DNA of 64,000 nt from Thecamonas trahens ATCC 50062 (Eukaryota > Protista > Apusomonadida), in assembly GCF_000142905.1 (NCBI RefSeq), contig NW_013657675.1:496001-560000 (forward strand). The letters run 5' to 3'. Made by a program: the position numbers and the translations under genes. Shown here one piece after another: positions 21,445 through 33,900 of the stretch. Position 1 is the stretch's first letter. Each line of letters opens with the position of its first letter. Below the pieces are notes generated by a model. The model made no database searches, was not told where the DNA came from, and saw only the letters and a list, made by a program, of their open reading frames with translations.

Positions 21445-23526
21445 TCACTTGGTGGCGGCAAGGCCAGGAAGAGCTGGCGAGAGGCCAAACGACTTGGCAT
21501 CGGCGTGATATTGCTTGATACGCGAGATGACAAGCTGGGCCTGGCCCTTGGAAAGGCAATCGAGCTCGGCTTGGCTGCGCGCCTTGAGAAAGCCGAGGCG
21601 GACGAGATACTTCTTCTGGGCGTCGGAGGCCGGGCCGTTGCGCCATGGCGCGTTGCGCTTAAAGACCGAAAACATGCCCGGGTACTGGGCGCGGAGGTAG
21701 GTGTCTGCGCCGCGAAGTGCATCCTCAAGCGACGACGCCGTCAGCGGCAGATCGCGGGTCTTGGTGATGTACGTGTCCGGGACCCGGTATGTTTGCGAGA
21801 CGGTGTACAAGCCCGGGGCCGGGTCTAGTTCGTGGTGGATGTGCAGCGAGCCCATGGCGGGCGTGCCGAGCGAGAGCTCAAACGTCCGCGCCCCAGTCTT
21901 GGCCCATGCATTCTGGGAGACCTCAAAGATGATCTGCGAGTCAACGTCGGCGCTGCGAGCATGACCGGGCTCGCTGTGAGCGGTGGCCGGAGTCAGCCGC
22001 GGGTCGAACGGATCGACCCGCGCAAGCTCGAGCTCGCGCACAAGCCGAAGCTCGTCCATCGACGCCGCTTCGCGGACCGACGGCCCGAGCGGAAGATCGT
22101 CCAGTGGCGCGAGGTCGCGCGCCAGCTGCGCCAGGTCTTGGTTCACCAGCGCAAAATCGGGCGCGAGGCCGAGAAGTGACGGGAGGGTCACCAGGCCACG
22201 CGACTTGGCCTTGTTGGCAAAACTGTCAACGACATCAAGCACAATACACGCGGTCTTGCCAGGCGCCGTCCGGAGGCCACGCCCCAGCATTTGCTGGAAC
22301 AGCCCTTGTGACTTTGTTGGCCGTGCGAGGACGACGCAGTCGATGATTGGGATGTCGGTGCCCTCGGTGAAGACGCCGCAGTTGATGAGCACCGGAAACT
22401 CCTTGGCTCGAAAGGCGTCGACCAGGGCGGCGCGTTCTGCAGGTGGCGTCATGCCGTGGACATACCGTGCGTCGATGCCTTCGGCGGCAAACGCCGCCTG
22501 TAGGTCGAGGATGTGCTGGACGTCGACGGCAAAGACGAGCGTCGACGAGAGGGTGAGGCCGGCCGGCGGCGCCGCTGCCAACGCAAGCCAGTTCTCGAGG
22601 AGAATGGCGTTGCGATCTGGCCGGTTGACGTGCGCTGCGAGGTGGCTGAGCGCAAAGTCGCCGCCCCACGACTTGACCGCAGACAAATCGGTGGTGGTCT
22701 TGACGGTAAAAACCTTGAGCGGCGCGAGCCAGCCTTCGTCCATCATCTCGAGCATTGAGCGGTGGTAGGTGATGGCATCAAAGACGGCGCCAAGCCCGAG
22801 CCCGTCGTGCCGCCGCACCGTCGCCGAGCAGCCCCATAGCAGTGTGGGCGCAGTTGGCGGCGGGCCCGGTACGGCTAGTCCCTCGTCAGAGTCTTTGGCA
22901 AGGCCAAAGTGGTCCAGGATGCGGGTGTACGTCGGCGCTGTGGCATGGTGTGCCTCGTCAATGATGATTAGCTTGAATTCGGCTGGATCGAAATACTTGA
23001 GCCGCAGTTGCGCCGCCTGCGATGCCCTGCCGAGCGTCGGCACCGAACCGACGACAACGTCGGCGTCGCGCGACGCGTTCGCCTCGCCCTGCTCGATCTC
23101 TACCCGCAGCGTTGGATGAGCGTCCGCGATGCGGTCGCGCGCCTGCTGCAGCAGCTCCACCCGGTGCGCAAGGACAAGTGTCTTGGTCGCTTTAGGCGTC
23201 GGCGGCGGCAGGGCGTCCAGCAGGGCCGCAAAGATGACCGTCTTGCCCGAGCCGACCGGTAGCGAGACTACCTGCCGCCGCACCCCGCTTGCAAACGCCG
23301 CCAGTGACCTCGCCACGGCAGTCTTCTGGTACGGCCGCAGCTCGATACCACTCGTTGTCGTCATCCGAGCAGCCTCTCCAGCCTCTCCAGCTTCTCCAGC
23401 TTCTCCAGCTCCATCACCCTTTCTGTGAACCGCTCCGCCCAAGCTCGCTCGCGCTCTTGCCTGCGATGCCACACTCCGCCAGCACCATGCTCCGACTCGT
23501 ACACTCCAGCCTCGCCAGCGCAGCAT
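21445..23526 (-). CDS. IRC3-like mitochondrial superfamily-2 DNA helicase
   Basis: LRPYQ, LPVGSGKT, IIDEAHH, SAT, NCGVFTEGTDIP and QMLGRGLR, plus C-terminal PASDAQ. The Arg-rich N-terminus MLRWRGWSVRV resembles a presequence. Confidence 0.85.
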   Translation of the reverse strand: MLRWRGWSVRVGAWCWRSVASQARARASLGGAVHRKGDGAGEAGEAGEAGEAARMTTTSGIELRPYQKTAVARSLAAFASGVRRQVVSLPVGSGKTVIFAALLDALPPPTPKATKTLVLAHRVELLQQARDRIADAHPTLRVEIEQGEANASRDADVVVGSVPTLGRASQAAQLRLKYFDPAEFKLIIIDEAHHATAPTYTRILDHFGLAKDSDEGLAVPGPPPTAPTLLWGCSATVRRHDGLGLGAVFDAITYHRSMLEMMDEGWLAPLKVFTVKTTTDLSAVKSWGGDFALSHLAAHVNRPDRNAILLENWLALAAAPPAGLTLSSTLVFAVDVQHILDLQAAFAAEGIDARYVHGMTPPAERAALVDAFRAKEFPVLINCGVFTEGTDIPIIDCVVLARPTKSQGLFQQMLGRGLRTAPGKTACIVLDVVDSFANKAKSRGLVTLPSLLGLAPDFALVNQDLAQLARDLAPLDDLPLGPSVREAASMDELRLVRELELARVDPFDPRLTPATAHSEPGHARSADVDSQIIFEVSQNAWAKTGARTFELSLGTPAMGSLHIHHELDPAPGLYTVSQTYRVPDTYITKTRDLPLTASSLEDALRGADTYLRAQYPGMFSVFKRNAPWRNGPASDAQKKYLVRLGFLKARSQAELDCLSKGQAQLVISRIKQYHADAKSFGLSPALPGLAATK

Positions 23527-23958
23527 TGTGTGTGAGGGAGAGAGGGGGGAGGGGGAGGAGGAGGGCAAGGGTAAAGTGTGGTTACTCATGAGTACGAGCT
23601 CGGTCAGGGCTTGGTCTTGAGGGCTCAGGCTTGAGCGGGGCGAGACAGTCGGTCGGTCGGTCGGTCGGGCGGTGGGGCAGTCGGGGCGGTCGGTCAGCCA
23701 TGGCCAGCTTGCAGCGGAGTCTTTGTCTTGGCATGGATGGTCAACGAACAATTGGGGTTGCCATGCGGAACAATAGTAATTGATGGCATCAACGATTGTT
23801 TTTGCCGCAAAAACCGGCAACAGGCAAGCAACCGACGACTGTTGGCGGATAGCATGTTGAACGGCGAGGAGGACAGCAGAGGAGCAACGGCTGCGGGAGG
23901 AGACCGAGTGACAGACTCCAGACTCCAACACCGCACTTATAGGGTGAAAGGACTTGGC

Positions 23959-26900
23959 ATGTCAGGCACCACCCCACATAAGCTGATCAACTCGTCGTCG
24001 TCGTCGCGGAGTCTCGGCTCGCCGCGTGGGGGCAGCGGCAAGAGCTCTGGAGAGTGTGTTCGTGTCGCTGTCCGCGTCCGACCCTTCAACGAGCGGTACG
24101 GCAATGGGCGGGATGATCGGGGAGAGGGAAAAGGAGTGGTGACGGTATGCGGCTGTGGCTGTAGTGTGGATGAACCCGTAGACTAACTAGCTCGATCGTG
24201 GACTGCAGGGAACTGGCACTCGGATCGACGTCGGTCATCTCTATGTACGGCGCTGCGACGGCGATCGAAGATGTGGAGAACGAGCGGGCGAAGCATGAGT
24301 ACACATACGACTATTCGTTTGACTCGTCGCAGCCAGCATCACCGGCGTTTGCCTCGCAGGAGGATGTTTTCGAGGCGCTGGGACGGCCGCTCATAGAGCA
24401 CGCGTGGTCGGGCTTCAACTGCTCGATGTTTGCGTACGGACAGACCGGATCAGGCAAGTCGTACACCATGATGGGCTACGGCGAGGCCAAAGGCCTCATT
24501 CCGCGCGGTTGCGAAGCGTTGTTTGAGCGGCTGGCGGCGGCCGAGGCTGATGCCCAGGTCTCGGGCGCGTCGGTTGAGGTCTCGTATCTGGAGATCTACA
24601 ACGAGAACATCCGCGACTTGCTGAGCCCGCGGCTCGGCGCGACGCGCACGTTGAGCGGATTGCAGCGAGTCGAGTCGCCTGGGGCACACCGAGCCGGTGA
24701 ACACTCGGGCTCGCACCTGACCATCCGTGAGAACCCGCAGCTGGGCGTGTATGTTGTGGGCCTCTCCAAGATCCTGGTCAAGTCGTACGCCGACATCGAG
24801 AAGGCCATCAACGCCGGAAACCGGTCGCGGACGGTGGCCCGGACCAAGATGAACGACACTTCCTCGCGGTCGCACTCGGTCTTCACCATCTACTTTAGCA
24901 AGGAGGCCGAGACAAGCATAGGCTCGGAGAGCACGTTCTCCAAGATTTCGCTCATTGACCTTGCCGGCTCGGAGCGGCAGAAGCACACGCAGGCCCAAGG
25001 CGAGCGGCTCAAGGAAGCGTGCTCGATCAACAAGTCGCTCTCGGCGCTGGGCAACGTCATCTCGGTCCTCGCCGACAACTCACACCGCCCGCGGCGGCAG
25101 CACAAGTACGTGCCGTACCGCGACTCGGCACTCACGCGCCTGCTGCAAGAGTCGCTCGGCGGCAACTCAAAGACGGTCATGATTGCCACAGTCTCGCCGG
25201 CAGCCGATAACTTTGACGAGTCGCTCTCGACGCTGAAGTATGCGCACCGCGCCAAGCAGATTGTCAACTCGGCGCGCAAGAACGAAGAGGTCAAGGCTGC
25301 GGCGGTCGACGCACTGCAGGCCGAGGTCCTTCGGCTCAAAGAGCTACTGGCGGCGTCGTCGGGCGGAGGCGGAACCGGGACTGCCGCGTCGCCCCAGGAC
25401 CGGCTGGCGCAGGAGGAGGCCGCCAGTCGGCTCGCCGAGAACGAGGCGCTCATCGCCGAGCTTTCCATGACGGTTGCCGAGAAGGAGCGGCGGACTGAGG
25501 AGATTAATCGGCTGCGGAGCGAGGCGCTGGCCGACATGGGCATTTCCATGGTCGAGCTCACTGGGGCGCTCGGCGTGGATAAGTCGACACCGCACCTGGT
25601 CAACCTCAATGCCGACCCGCTCATGTCCGAGAACCTGGTTTACTTTCTCAATGACAACGTGACCCGGATCGGCAAGGCGACTGCGAGCGTCCCGCAGGAC
25701 ATTGTCCTCTCAGGCTTCAACATCCAAGACGAGCACTGCACCATCGAGGCCGCCGCCGATGGCAGCATGATACTGCACCCGGCTGCAAACGCCAAGACCT
25801 TTGTCAACGGCGAGCAGGTGACCGAGCCGGCGGTCCTCGCCACCGGCCACCGCATCATTCTTGGCAACAACTACCTGTTCCGCTACACCAACCCGGCCGA
25901 GCTCGAGCAGCTTCTGGCCGAGTCGGACGGCAAGCTGCCGCCCGAGCTGGCAGGCGGCTTTGAGTTTGCCATGCGCGAGTTCCTCGCCGCCCGCGGGCAG
26001 AGCGTCGACGTCGATCCGGACTCGGAGGCCGGGCTCATTCTGCGGCTGGTCGAGGCCACCGACGAGGCCAACGACGTGGCCGAGCTGTTGAAGAAGAAAA
26101 TGATATTCTCGGTCGAGCTCCACGACAACGACGACGGCAAGCGCGAGGTCGGCATCCGGGCCACAAACTTGCTCACCGACTCGACCAAGTTCTGGAGCGT
26201 GGAAAAGTTCGACAACCGCTTTGCCGCCATCCAGCAGTACATGGAGATTTACGGGCAGACCGGATCGTGGGACGTGCCGGCTGAAGACGACCCGTTCTTT
26301 GACCCGCCGTCGGACCAACTGATCGGGACGGCGACAGTGGCACTGGGTCCGCTACTCAGCCACGGCGTCATCGACGGCTGGTTTCCGGCCACCTTTGGTC
26401 GATTCGACGAGGCCCGGGGCGAAGTCCACCTCCGGCTCTCGGTCGTGGCCGCGCCATTGGACTCGACGCCGTCGCCGGTGCTCCTCGCACAAGCCAAGCC
26501 GCTGCTCATCACCAAAGACACCATCGGCTCGCTGGTGGCGGTCAACATCTCGGTCGCCGGCATCCGCGAGGTGACCTGCGAGTTTGACGAAGGCATGTTT
26601 GTGCGGTTCTTCTTCCCCGAAGGCTCCGAGGAGGTGACGCCGCGGACAGAGGCAGTCTCGTTGCAAGAGTCGGTCTCGAGCAAGAGGGCGAGCGAGACGC
26701 CGCTGGCGTACTTCGAGTCATTTGTCATGCCGCTCTCAAAGTCGCTGGTGGCGCAGCTTGGCACGGGCTCACTCAAGTTTGAGCTGTGGGGACACGACTC
26801 TCTCGAGGCGCGTGATCCTGACGTCCTGCAAGCTGTGCTTCGCACCCGCGACGCCGAGCTCGAAGCCGCCCGGCGCAACTTTGCCGACATCAACGCCAAG

Positions 26901-27176
26901 CAAGCCGACGAGATTGCGGCGCTCAAGGCGCGGGTGGCCGAGCTCGAGTCGAACGCGTACACGGTGCTCAAGGACGAGGTCAACGAGTTCCGCGCGAAGA
27001 AGGCCAAGTTTGAGGCCACGCTTCGGACGCTCCACGACACGCTGCCGGCGTTTGAGAGCCAGCTCAATTCGATGATGGCGTCGGCAAGCGCAAGCGCCGC
27101 CGGCGTCGGCACGCCGCCGCGCACGCCGCGCAAGCTCACGCCGCGCGAGCTGAGCCAGCCATTCCTTGGGCATTGA
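23959..27176 (+). CDS. Kinesin-3 family motor with FHA domain (intron 24096-24208)
   Basis: Splicing restores VRVAVRVRPFNERE, with branch point GACTAAC at 24181. Also GQTGSGKSYT, SSRSH, LIDLAGSE and FHA entry PHLVNLNADPLMSE. Confidence 0.92.
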
Positions 27177-27242
27177 GTGCCGTAGATTGTCGAACAAAGC
27201 AAGGTGACCATATTCGTGTTCCATGACTTTATACGGCTCGGT

Positions 27243-28597
27243 TCAACCGAGGATGCCGACCGACTTGCACTTTTCGACGGCAGCCGACGCCTCGACTGGG
27301 TCCATCGACTTGAGGGTGTCGCGGACAGCGGCAACGTCGCCGGAGAGAATGGCATCGCGGAGAGCCTCAGGGAGGGTGTCCATGACTGCGGCGTAAGCCT
27401 GGTACTCCTCGGTCTGAGCGATGGCCTCCTGCTCTTCGGGAGTGAGGCCCTCGGCGGCAACTGGGGCGGCAGCGGCGGCCTCGGTCTCGATGGCCTCATC
27501 GTCGTCGGCGTTGGCGAGCTCCTCCTCGACGGCGGCGACGAGCTTCTGGTAGTTGTTCTTCCAGTCGTCATTAAAAGCGGCGACGGCCTGCTTGTTGCCG
27601 GAGAGCATCATGCCGAAAAACTGGTTGGCGCCCGACGGCCCGCCCATGGCAAGAATGTACTGCACGACGTACGAGTGGTGGACCCAGCGCTTGGCAGCCT
27701 TGTGGTCGCCGGCCTTGATGGCGCGGATGCCGAGAATCGAGAGATGATCGGCCATGTCCTTGTTGATCAGCGCCTTGGCGTGCCTCTTGAGAATCTCCTG
27801 CAGCCGCTCAAACTTGCCGCGCGGGACCGAGCCGACCATGTCGATGAGGAGCTGCAGCTCCGAGTCGGCGTCGTCCGAAGCAGCAGCGGGCTCGTCCTCT
27901 CCACCAGTACCCGGTGTCGGTGCAGCAGCAGCACCAGAAGAAGCAGCAGCGGCGGCGGCCGGATCGATCTCGCCCGACGGCAGCAGGGCGTCCGGCGAGA
28001 TGCCAGCAGCAGCAGCGGCGCCTTCAGCAGCGGCGCGTGCGACACGGAGCTCTTTGAGCGCCTTGGCCTCGCCAACCAGCTCAGCCTCCTGCTCGTCGGC
28101 AGACTTGCCCCTGTTGATGAGAGTTGACTCCCACTTTGTGGTGCACATGTTGTCTGCGTTCCACTTGAAGTTCTTCTCCCGCTCCGCCGCCCGCTCCGCG
28201 TAAACGTCCTCGGCCTTCTGCCGCTCCTCCAACTCGGTCTTGAGCCCGTCCTTGGTCTCTGCGTCGAGGCTCTCCTCCGTCAGCTTCAGCAGCAGCTTGC
28301 TGATAGCCTTCTTGTTCTCCTCCCGCATCTGCTCCTCTTGCCTGTGTACCTCCTTCAACCCACCCCAATCCAATGCCTGTGTTGTCAGTCCCCTGCCTAG
28401 GACATGCCTTCGTGAAGGCACCCCCCCCCCCCTCCTCCTCTTCACCCAGCACCCCCATGGGATACGTACGCAACCATCTGACGCTCATGCTCCTTTTGCT
28501 GGCGACGAACAGCCATGAACGAGTCTCTGTCCACATAGGGAGACACTTCTTCGTCGTCAGAGAGCTCGATGTTGTCCCACTTGGAGTAGTCAACCAT
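27243..28597 (-). CDS. CDC37: Hsp90 co-chaperone Cdc37 (intron 28342-28469)
   Basis: N-terminus MVDYSKWDNIELSDDEE contains the CK2 serine site. Also WNADN motif and C-terminal TLPEALRDA...EKCKSVGIL. The GTACGT..CAG intron keeps the frame. Confidence 0.9.
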
Positions 28598-29057
28598 GGT
28601 GCGAGTGAGAAAGGTTGTCGTCGTCCAAGCGGGCGGGGGGGGGGCAGGGGACACAGGGGGCAGGGGGCAGGGGGCAGGGGGGCGGCCTTCTTCAGCCTTT
28701 TGTCAACCAGTGTACCAGTGTGCCAATCATTGGCCGAAAGGGAGGCACGGGAGAAGAGGAGGAGGGGAGTCTTGAGAGTGGGATTGATGAGTGATGATTG
28801 ATGATTGATGATATGTGATGGATGGATGGGGAGAGGAGGGGGGAGGGGAGAGGGGGAGGGAGGGGGTGAGGGGGGGGTTGATCATGGCAATGTGACCCGC
28901 TGTGCTCTTCTTGGTCATGTCGGATGAAACGATGACCACCCGTGAGAGGCCACGCCATCGGGCACCCGACTCCAGCCTCAGCCACTCCTCCTCTCCACAC
29001 ACCCACACCCACACACCCACATACCCATACACCCATACACCCACACACCCACACACA

Positions 29058-29898
29058 ATGGTACACTCCCTTCCCTCCTCCCTTCCCTNNNNNNNNNNNN
29101 NNNNNNNNNNNNNNNNNNNNNNNNNNNNNNNNNNNNNNNNNNNNNNNNNNNNNNNNNNNNNNNNNNNNNNNNNNNNNNNNNNNNNNNNNNNNNNNNNNNN
29201 NNNNNNNNNNNNNNNNNNNNNNNNNNNNNNNNNNNNNNNNNNNNNNNNNNNNNNNNNNNNNNNNNNNNNNNNNNNNNNNNNNNNNNNNNNNNNNNNNNNN
29301 NNNNNNNNNNNNNNNNNNNNNNNNNTCCCCCCCTCCCTCCCACCCCCCCCCCCCCCCCCCCCTCCCCTCACCCCCTCCTCACCCCCCTTCCACAGTCAAC
29401 AAGCCTCTCCCAGGAAGAGGTGGCTCTGTTCAAGGACGTGTTCTCGATGGTGGACAAGGATGCAGACGGATCGGTGTCTGCAAGCGAACTGCGTGGGGTC
29501 ATGCGCAAGGGAAAGCTCTCACTGGATGCTTCTGTGGAGGAGTTTGAGGACATGATCAATGAGTTTGATGTGGATCGGGCAGGTACACTTGACTTTCCCA
29601 GTTCCTCGACATGATGGCTGCTATGAAGGGCGTGGGCCGGACGATGGCCCAGGAGGATGACGCTATCTTTGCTATTCTCTCTGGCTACGCTGCAAGCCCT
29701 GGCGAAGACGGCGAGGACGAGTACATCACCGCCGCAGACCTCTCCAAGATCATGGCCGCGCTCGGCGAGTCCATTGGCATGGACGAGGCAGAGTCCATCA
29801 TCTCCCACTGCATGTCACAGTCGCATGCTCCGGGCGTCTCGCGCGAGGACTTTAATGCCTTCCTCCTCAGCTCGCAGGAGAAGAAGTCCCAGGACTAG
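29058..29898 (+). CDS. Calmodulin-like EF-hand protein (ATG-only exon 1, intron 29061-29395 spanning a gap; 1-nt frame break near 29600)
   Basis: MSTSLSQEEVALFKDVFSMVDKDADGSVSASEL, then FDVDRAGTLDFP[E]FLDMM. The C-lobe EF hands are degenerate. Confidence 0.75.
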
Positions 29899-30073
29899 GC
29901 CCGGCTGACCCGCTGCCCGCCACGCCCACATCGCCCCCGCCCGCTTTGCCTCCACCCGGCTTGCTATACGCCCGCGCCGCCTCAAGCCGTGCCTGCGCCG
30001 CCCGGCTCCGTGCCGCGATCTTGGCCAGCCGCCTCTCCTCTGCACTCGCGCCGTGTGTGAGTCGCTGCCACCA

Positions 30074-30734
30074 TCAGCCCGCTCCCTGCCCTCCCCCAGC
30101 AGACGTACCCTCCTGCCACTCGAGCTCATCTTCGATCTCCGACTGCGGGCGAGCCTCGCGCCGCTTCTGCCTGTACGCGCGGTCGTTCTCCATCATCTGC
30201 TTGTGGTAGTACAGATAGCCGACCACACCCAGGACCACCGCCGTCCCCGTGTAGCTCACCCACCGGCGAGGCTTGATGAACAGCTCCGGATTGAGCAACC
30301 TGCCGCCCCACCGAGTCATCACCCCCACCACACCATCAACCCACCATCATCAGTCAGTCAGTCGCTCCTTCACCCTGCCGCAGTCTGTCCCCGATCCTCC
30401 CTCCACGCCACCACAACGCCGCACCCCCCCACCCCCCCACCCCCCCCTCACACACACAAACACCAAGCAGCCAGCCAACCACCGACTCTCTGCTGCTCCT
30501 TTCGCACCAAGTCATCCTCACCACCCCTAACCCTCGCTACGACCACCACTCCCACTCTGCCTACCTCACTCACCCCCTCCCCCACTTCCCCCTCTCCACG
30601 CCCGCCCACTCCACAAGACTCACCCACTCACACGCTCATCACCTTCAATGAGAGACGTACTTGAACAACGCTGTCGCTGTCCGTCGCGCCTCATTAGGCG
30701 GTGGCTTGGGTCCTCCGGGGGGAGGTGTAGCCAT
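30074..30734 (-). CDS. SMIM8: Small integral membrane protein 8 homologue (intron 30300-30660)
   Basis: The spliced product ...TATALFK|LLNPELFIKPRRWV plus TM matches the SMIM8 motif LFRAVNPELFIKP. GTACGT donor and CAG acceptor. Confidence 0.8.
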
Positions 30735-30944
30735 GGCGTCAGAAGACAGGTAGCGATGGCCTCGACCACCGAATACTGCCCGGCGCGGCATGGGCGCCGA
30801 CGCGTCAGTACCACCCGCTGCCTCGAGGTTGTGGCCGGCTGACGGGCTCGGCGACGAGCCGCTGGACAAGGATCACGCTCGCCTCCAGCAGCATGCCGAC
30901 CATCGCCGCTCCGATCACAGCTCATCGTCAACATGTGCTGGGCC

Positions 30945-33900
30945 TTAGTGCCGGCCGGTGGCGCGGGCGACAGGAGTCCGGGTTGTGATGCCCACAGCCT
31001 CGCCCATCCGGCCCGATGCCGAAACGGGGGTCCACACAAACTTGAGAAAGTGGTTGACGTCGTCGTTAGTCGGCATGTACCGCTTCGTGCCGGCAATCTC
31101 GAGCAGCTCGGCGTTGTTGGGGTCGGGACCGCGCGGGACAATGCGGTACCAGCGGTACTGCTGGATTTGCGCCGGCTCACCGCCAAAGTACGTGCCGACC
31201 GGAGTGAGCTCGACGCCCTCCTGAGGCGACGCCGCCAGCTCGGATCCAAATGTGAGCTCGAGGACCTGCGGCGGCGCAGGCTCGACCGCGTGCGACGCCA
31301 TGGCAGACGCCAGCTCGCCGACCTCACCGTCACTGCGGACCGGCAGGTACTCGACCACAAGTGTCATGCCGACGTGGGTGAGCGAGAGCGGAAGCTCTCG
31401 TCCGGTAGCTAGCAGCACGTTCTTTGACGTCGACCGCTTCGACCGTGCGTACCACTTGATCTCCGACGCGCCCTCCTCGCCGCCAGCATACTGCCCGCCG
31501 ACCCGGAGCGTAACACCTTCCATCAGCCGCCCCTCGATGGCCAGGTCCAGCACGGCAGGCGCCTGCGCTGACACAGGCCCCACCGGCGGCGTCGACGTCC
31601 ATCGCCCGCCCACCGGCTGGCACTGGTACAAAAACGAGTAGCCCGCCATCTCGCCGGTCACCACAAGCTCAGTCGACCCAGTCGTCATCACGCTCTTGGT
31701 CCCGGTCGCCGGCTCGATGCGGATCCACCGCCGTGTCGCGCCGGTCGCGTCGCACCCAATGAAAATCTCGTGTGCGTTGAGGACTGCACCCTCACGCGCC
31801 TCGCCGCTCAGCTCGAGCACAACCTGTGGGCCGGCGCCGCTGGTGCCCTCGCTGCCGGCTGCGCCCTCGCTGCCGTGCTCAGCCACGCGGTCGACGTAGA
31901 GGGCAGCATGCGGCGGCTCGTGGTCGCTCCCAGCATCGTCAACAAACTCGTACTCGTACTCGTACTCATACTGAGGCTGCGCGTTGGGCACGTGAGCGCT
32001 GCCACCGTCGTTGCGCCCGCCGGCGCCCGGAGTGTCGCTGGCGGCCTTGGCCGTTAGCGTCTTATGGATGTCGATGAGCTCGTTGTTGTAGTTGGATGAA
32101 AGGTACGATTCGAGGTGCGAGGCAACCATGACCTGCAGCTGGCGGACCATTCCGGCGTCGAGGTGGTACTGCGCGCCAAACTCGCGGGCAAGGATGGCCG
32201 GGTCGTCGCCGGCGCGGACGCCGAGCTTGCCGGACCGGCCCATGCCGAGGTTGACGTCCATGACAAAGAGGATTGGATCAATGGAGACGTCCGAGACGAC
32301 CGACGTTGTGTCGTCGACCGAGTCGCGCCGGCGCTTTTCAGCCGCCTGCCCAACCTTTGCCCGGCGCGCCTTGCCGCTCCGAGCCGCCACCGCCGGCGCC
32401 GAGTCCTCCGACTCCCAGTCGTGGAGTGGCGCGTTCAGCCGGCGCTTCTCCTCGCGGTCGGCACGGCCCCTGGTCATGAGCTTGACTGCCTTCTCGACGC
32501 CCTTAACCTTGGCCAGCGGCGACGCCTTGGGGTACAGGATCGACCGCGGAGGCTCGCGGATGGCCGGGCTGAACTTGCAGTGCTCCAGGATCTCGCGCTC
32601 CTCGGTCGAGAGCTTGGCCTGCCACTTCATGGCCGCCCGAGCCGGCGACGACTTGGATGCTGACGGCGACGCTGTCGCGCCGCTTGCTGCCGACGGCGGC
32701 GCGGCCTTAGTGTACTTGTTGACCTTGGGCGAAAAGGTGCACTCCTTGAGCTTGGCGTCGAGCGCCGCCAGCCGCTTGACCTCGGCCTTGCGCCGCGCAA
32801 TCTTGGCCCGCTCCTCGATGATTTCATGCCGCCGGTTCGGCGACCGCGAGAGCTCCGGGTTCTTGACAATCAAGCGCGCTAGCGCCTTGGCCTCCAGCTT
32901 GGCCGTTCGGTTCGTCACCATGACCTGCGGCTGAAAGGTGCAGTCGTCGTCGAGGACTGGCGTCTTGGGCGCCCGGTGGAGGGCCTCGTACGCAGACTTG
33001 GTCCGGATGAGCTCCACAAACTGCACAATTTCCGGCCGCGCCGCAAACGCCGCCGCCAGCTTCCCGTCGGCCTCCATCAGCGCATCCAGCACAGCGCCCG
33101 AGTCCGACGCCGAGTCGGCGGCGCCGTGGACCCTTGCCATCACATCGGCCGGCGTTGCCGATGAGAGCACCGGGTCCGACTCGACAACCGAGTCGACAAA
33201 CGCGTGCAGGCTCTCCGGCTCGACCCGCCCGGTGCCGTCTGGATCGAGATGCGTCCACACCGAGTCGAGCATGGCCTGCTCCTCCTGGATGCGCGGCTTG
33301 TGCTTGTCGACCGAGCGTGAGACAAACCAGCCGAGCTCGACAAAGAGGTGCTCGACTTGGTCGCGCGAGAGGTCGCCGGTCTCATCAACGTCGGCCTGCG
33401 CAAAGAGCTTCGACACCGACTCGGCGGAGAGCTTGGACCGGATGATGGCCTGCGACTTGGCCGACATCTTGGGTGCAGCGTGGAGGAGCTCCTCCTCAAA
33501 CTGGGCGCGGAGCTCACGCTTGCGCTTGGTCTCTTGCCGCGCCTTGGCCTCATGGTATAGCGCCTCGTGGACGCCGAGCGCCGACCGCTGCGCACGCACC
33601 AGGAGTCGCGTCCGGTCGTAGTCGCGCTTGATCGACGGCACCGCAATGTCATGCACCACAGGCTTGGGCTGGCACGCCTCCTCATACAGCCGGTCCGCGA
33701 GCGCCACAGACTTCATCTTGCGGAGCTTGAGGTGCTCGGCACCCTTGGCGTACAGCCGCTCGTGGACTGAGAGCGAGTCGGTCCGCTCAATAGCCTGCGA
33801 GTACGCCGAGATGGCTGGCGAGCCGGTCACCTCGAGCTCCTCCTCGCGGAGCTTGATGAGGTCTTTGAGCCGGTCCACCCGCTTGGCCTCGTAGTGGTTG

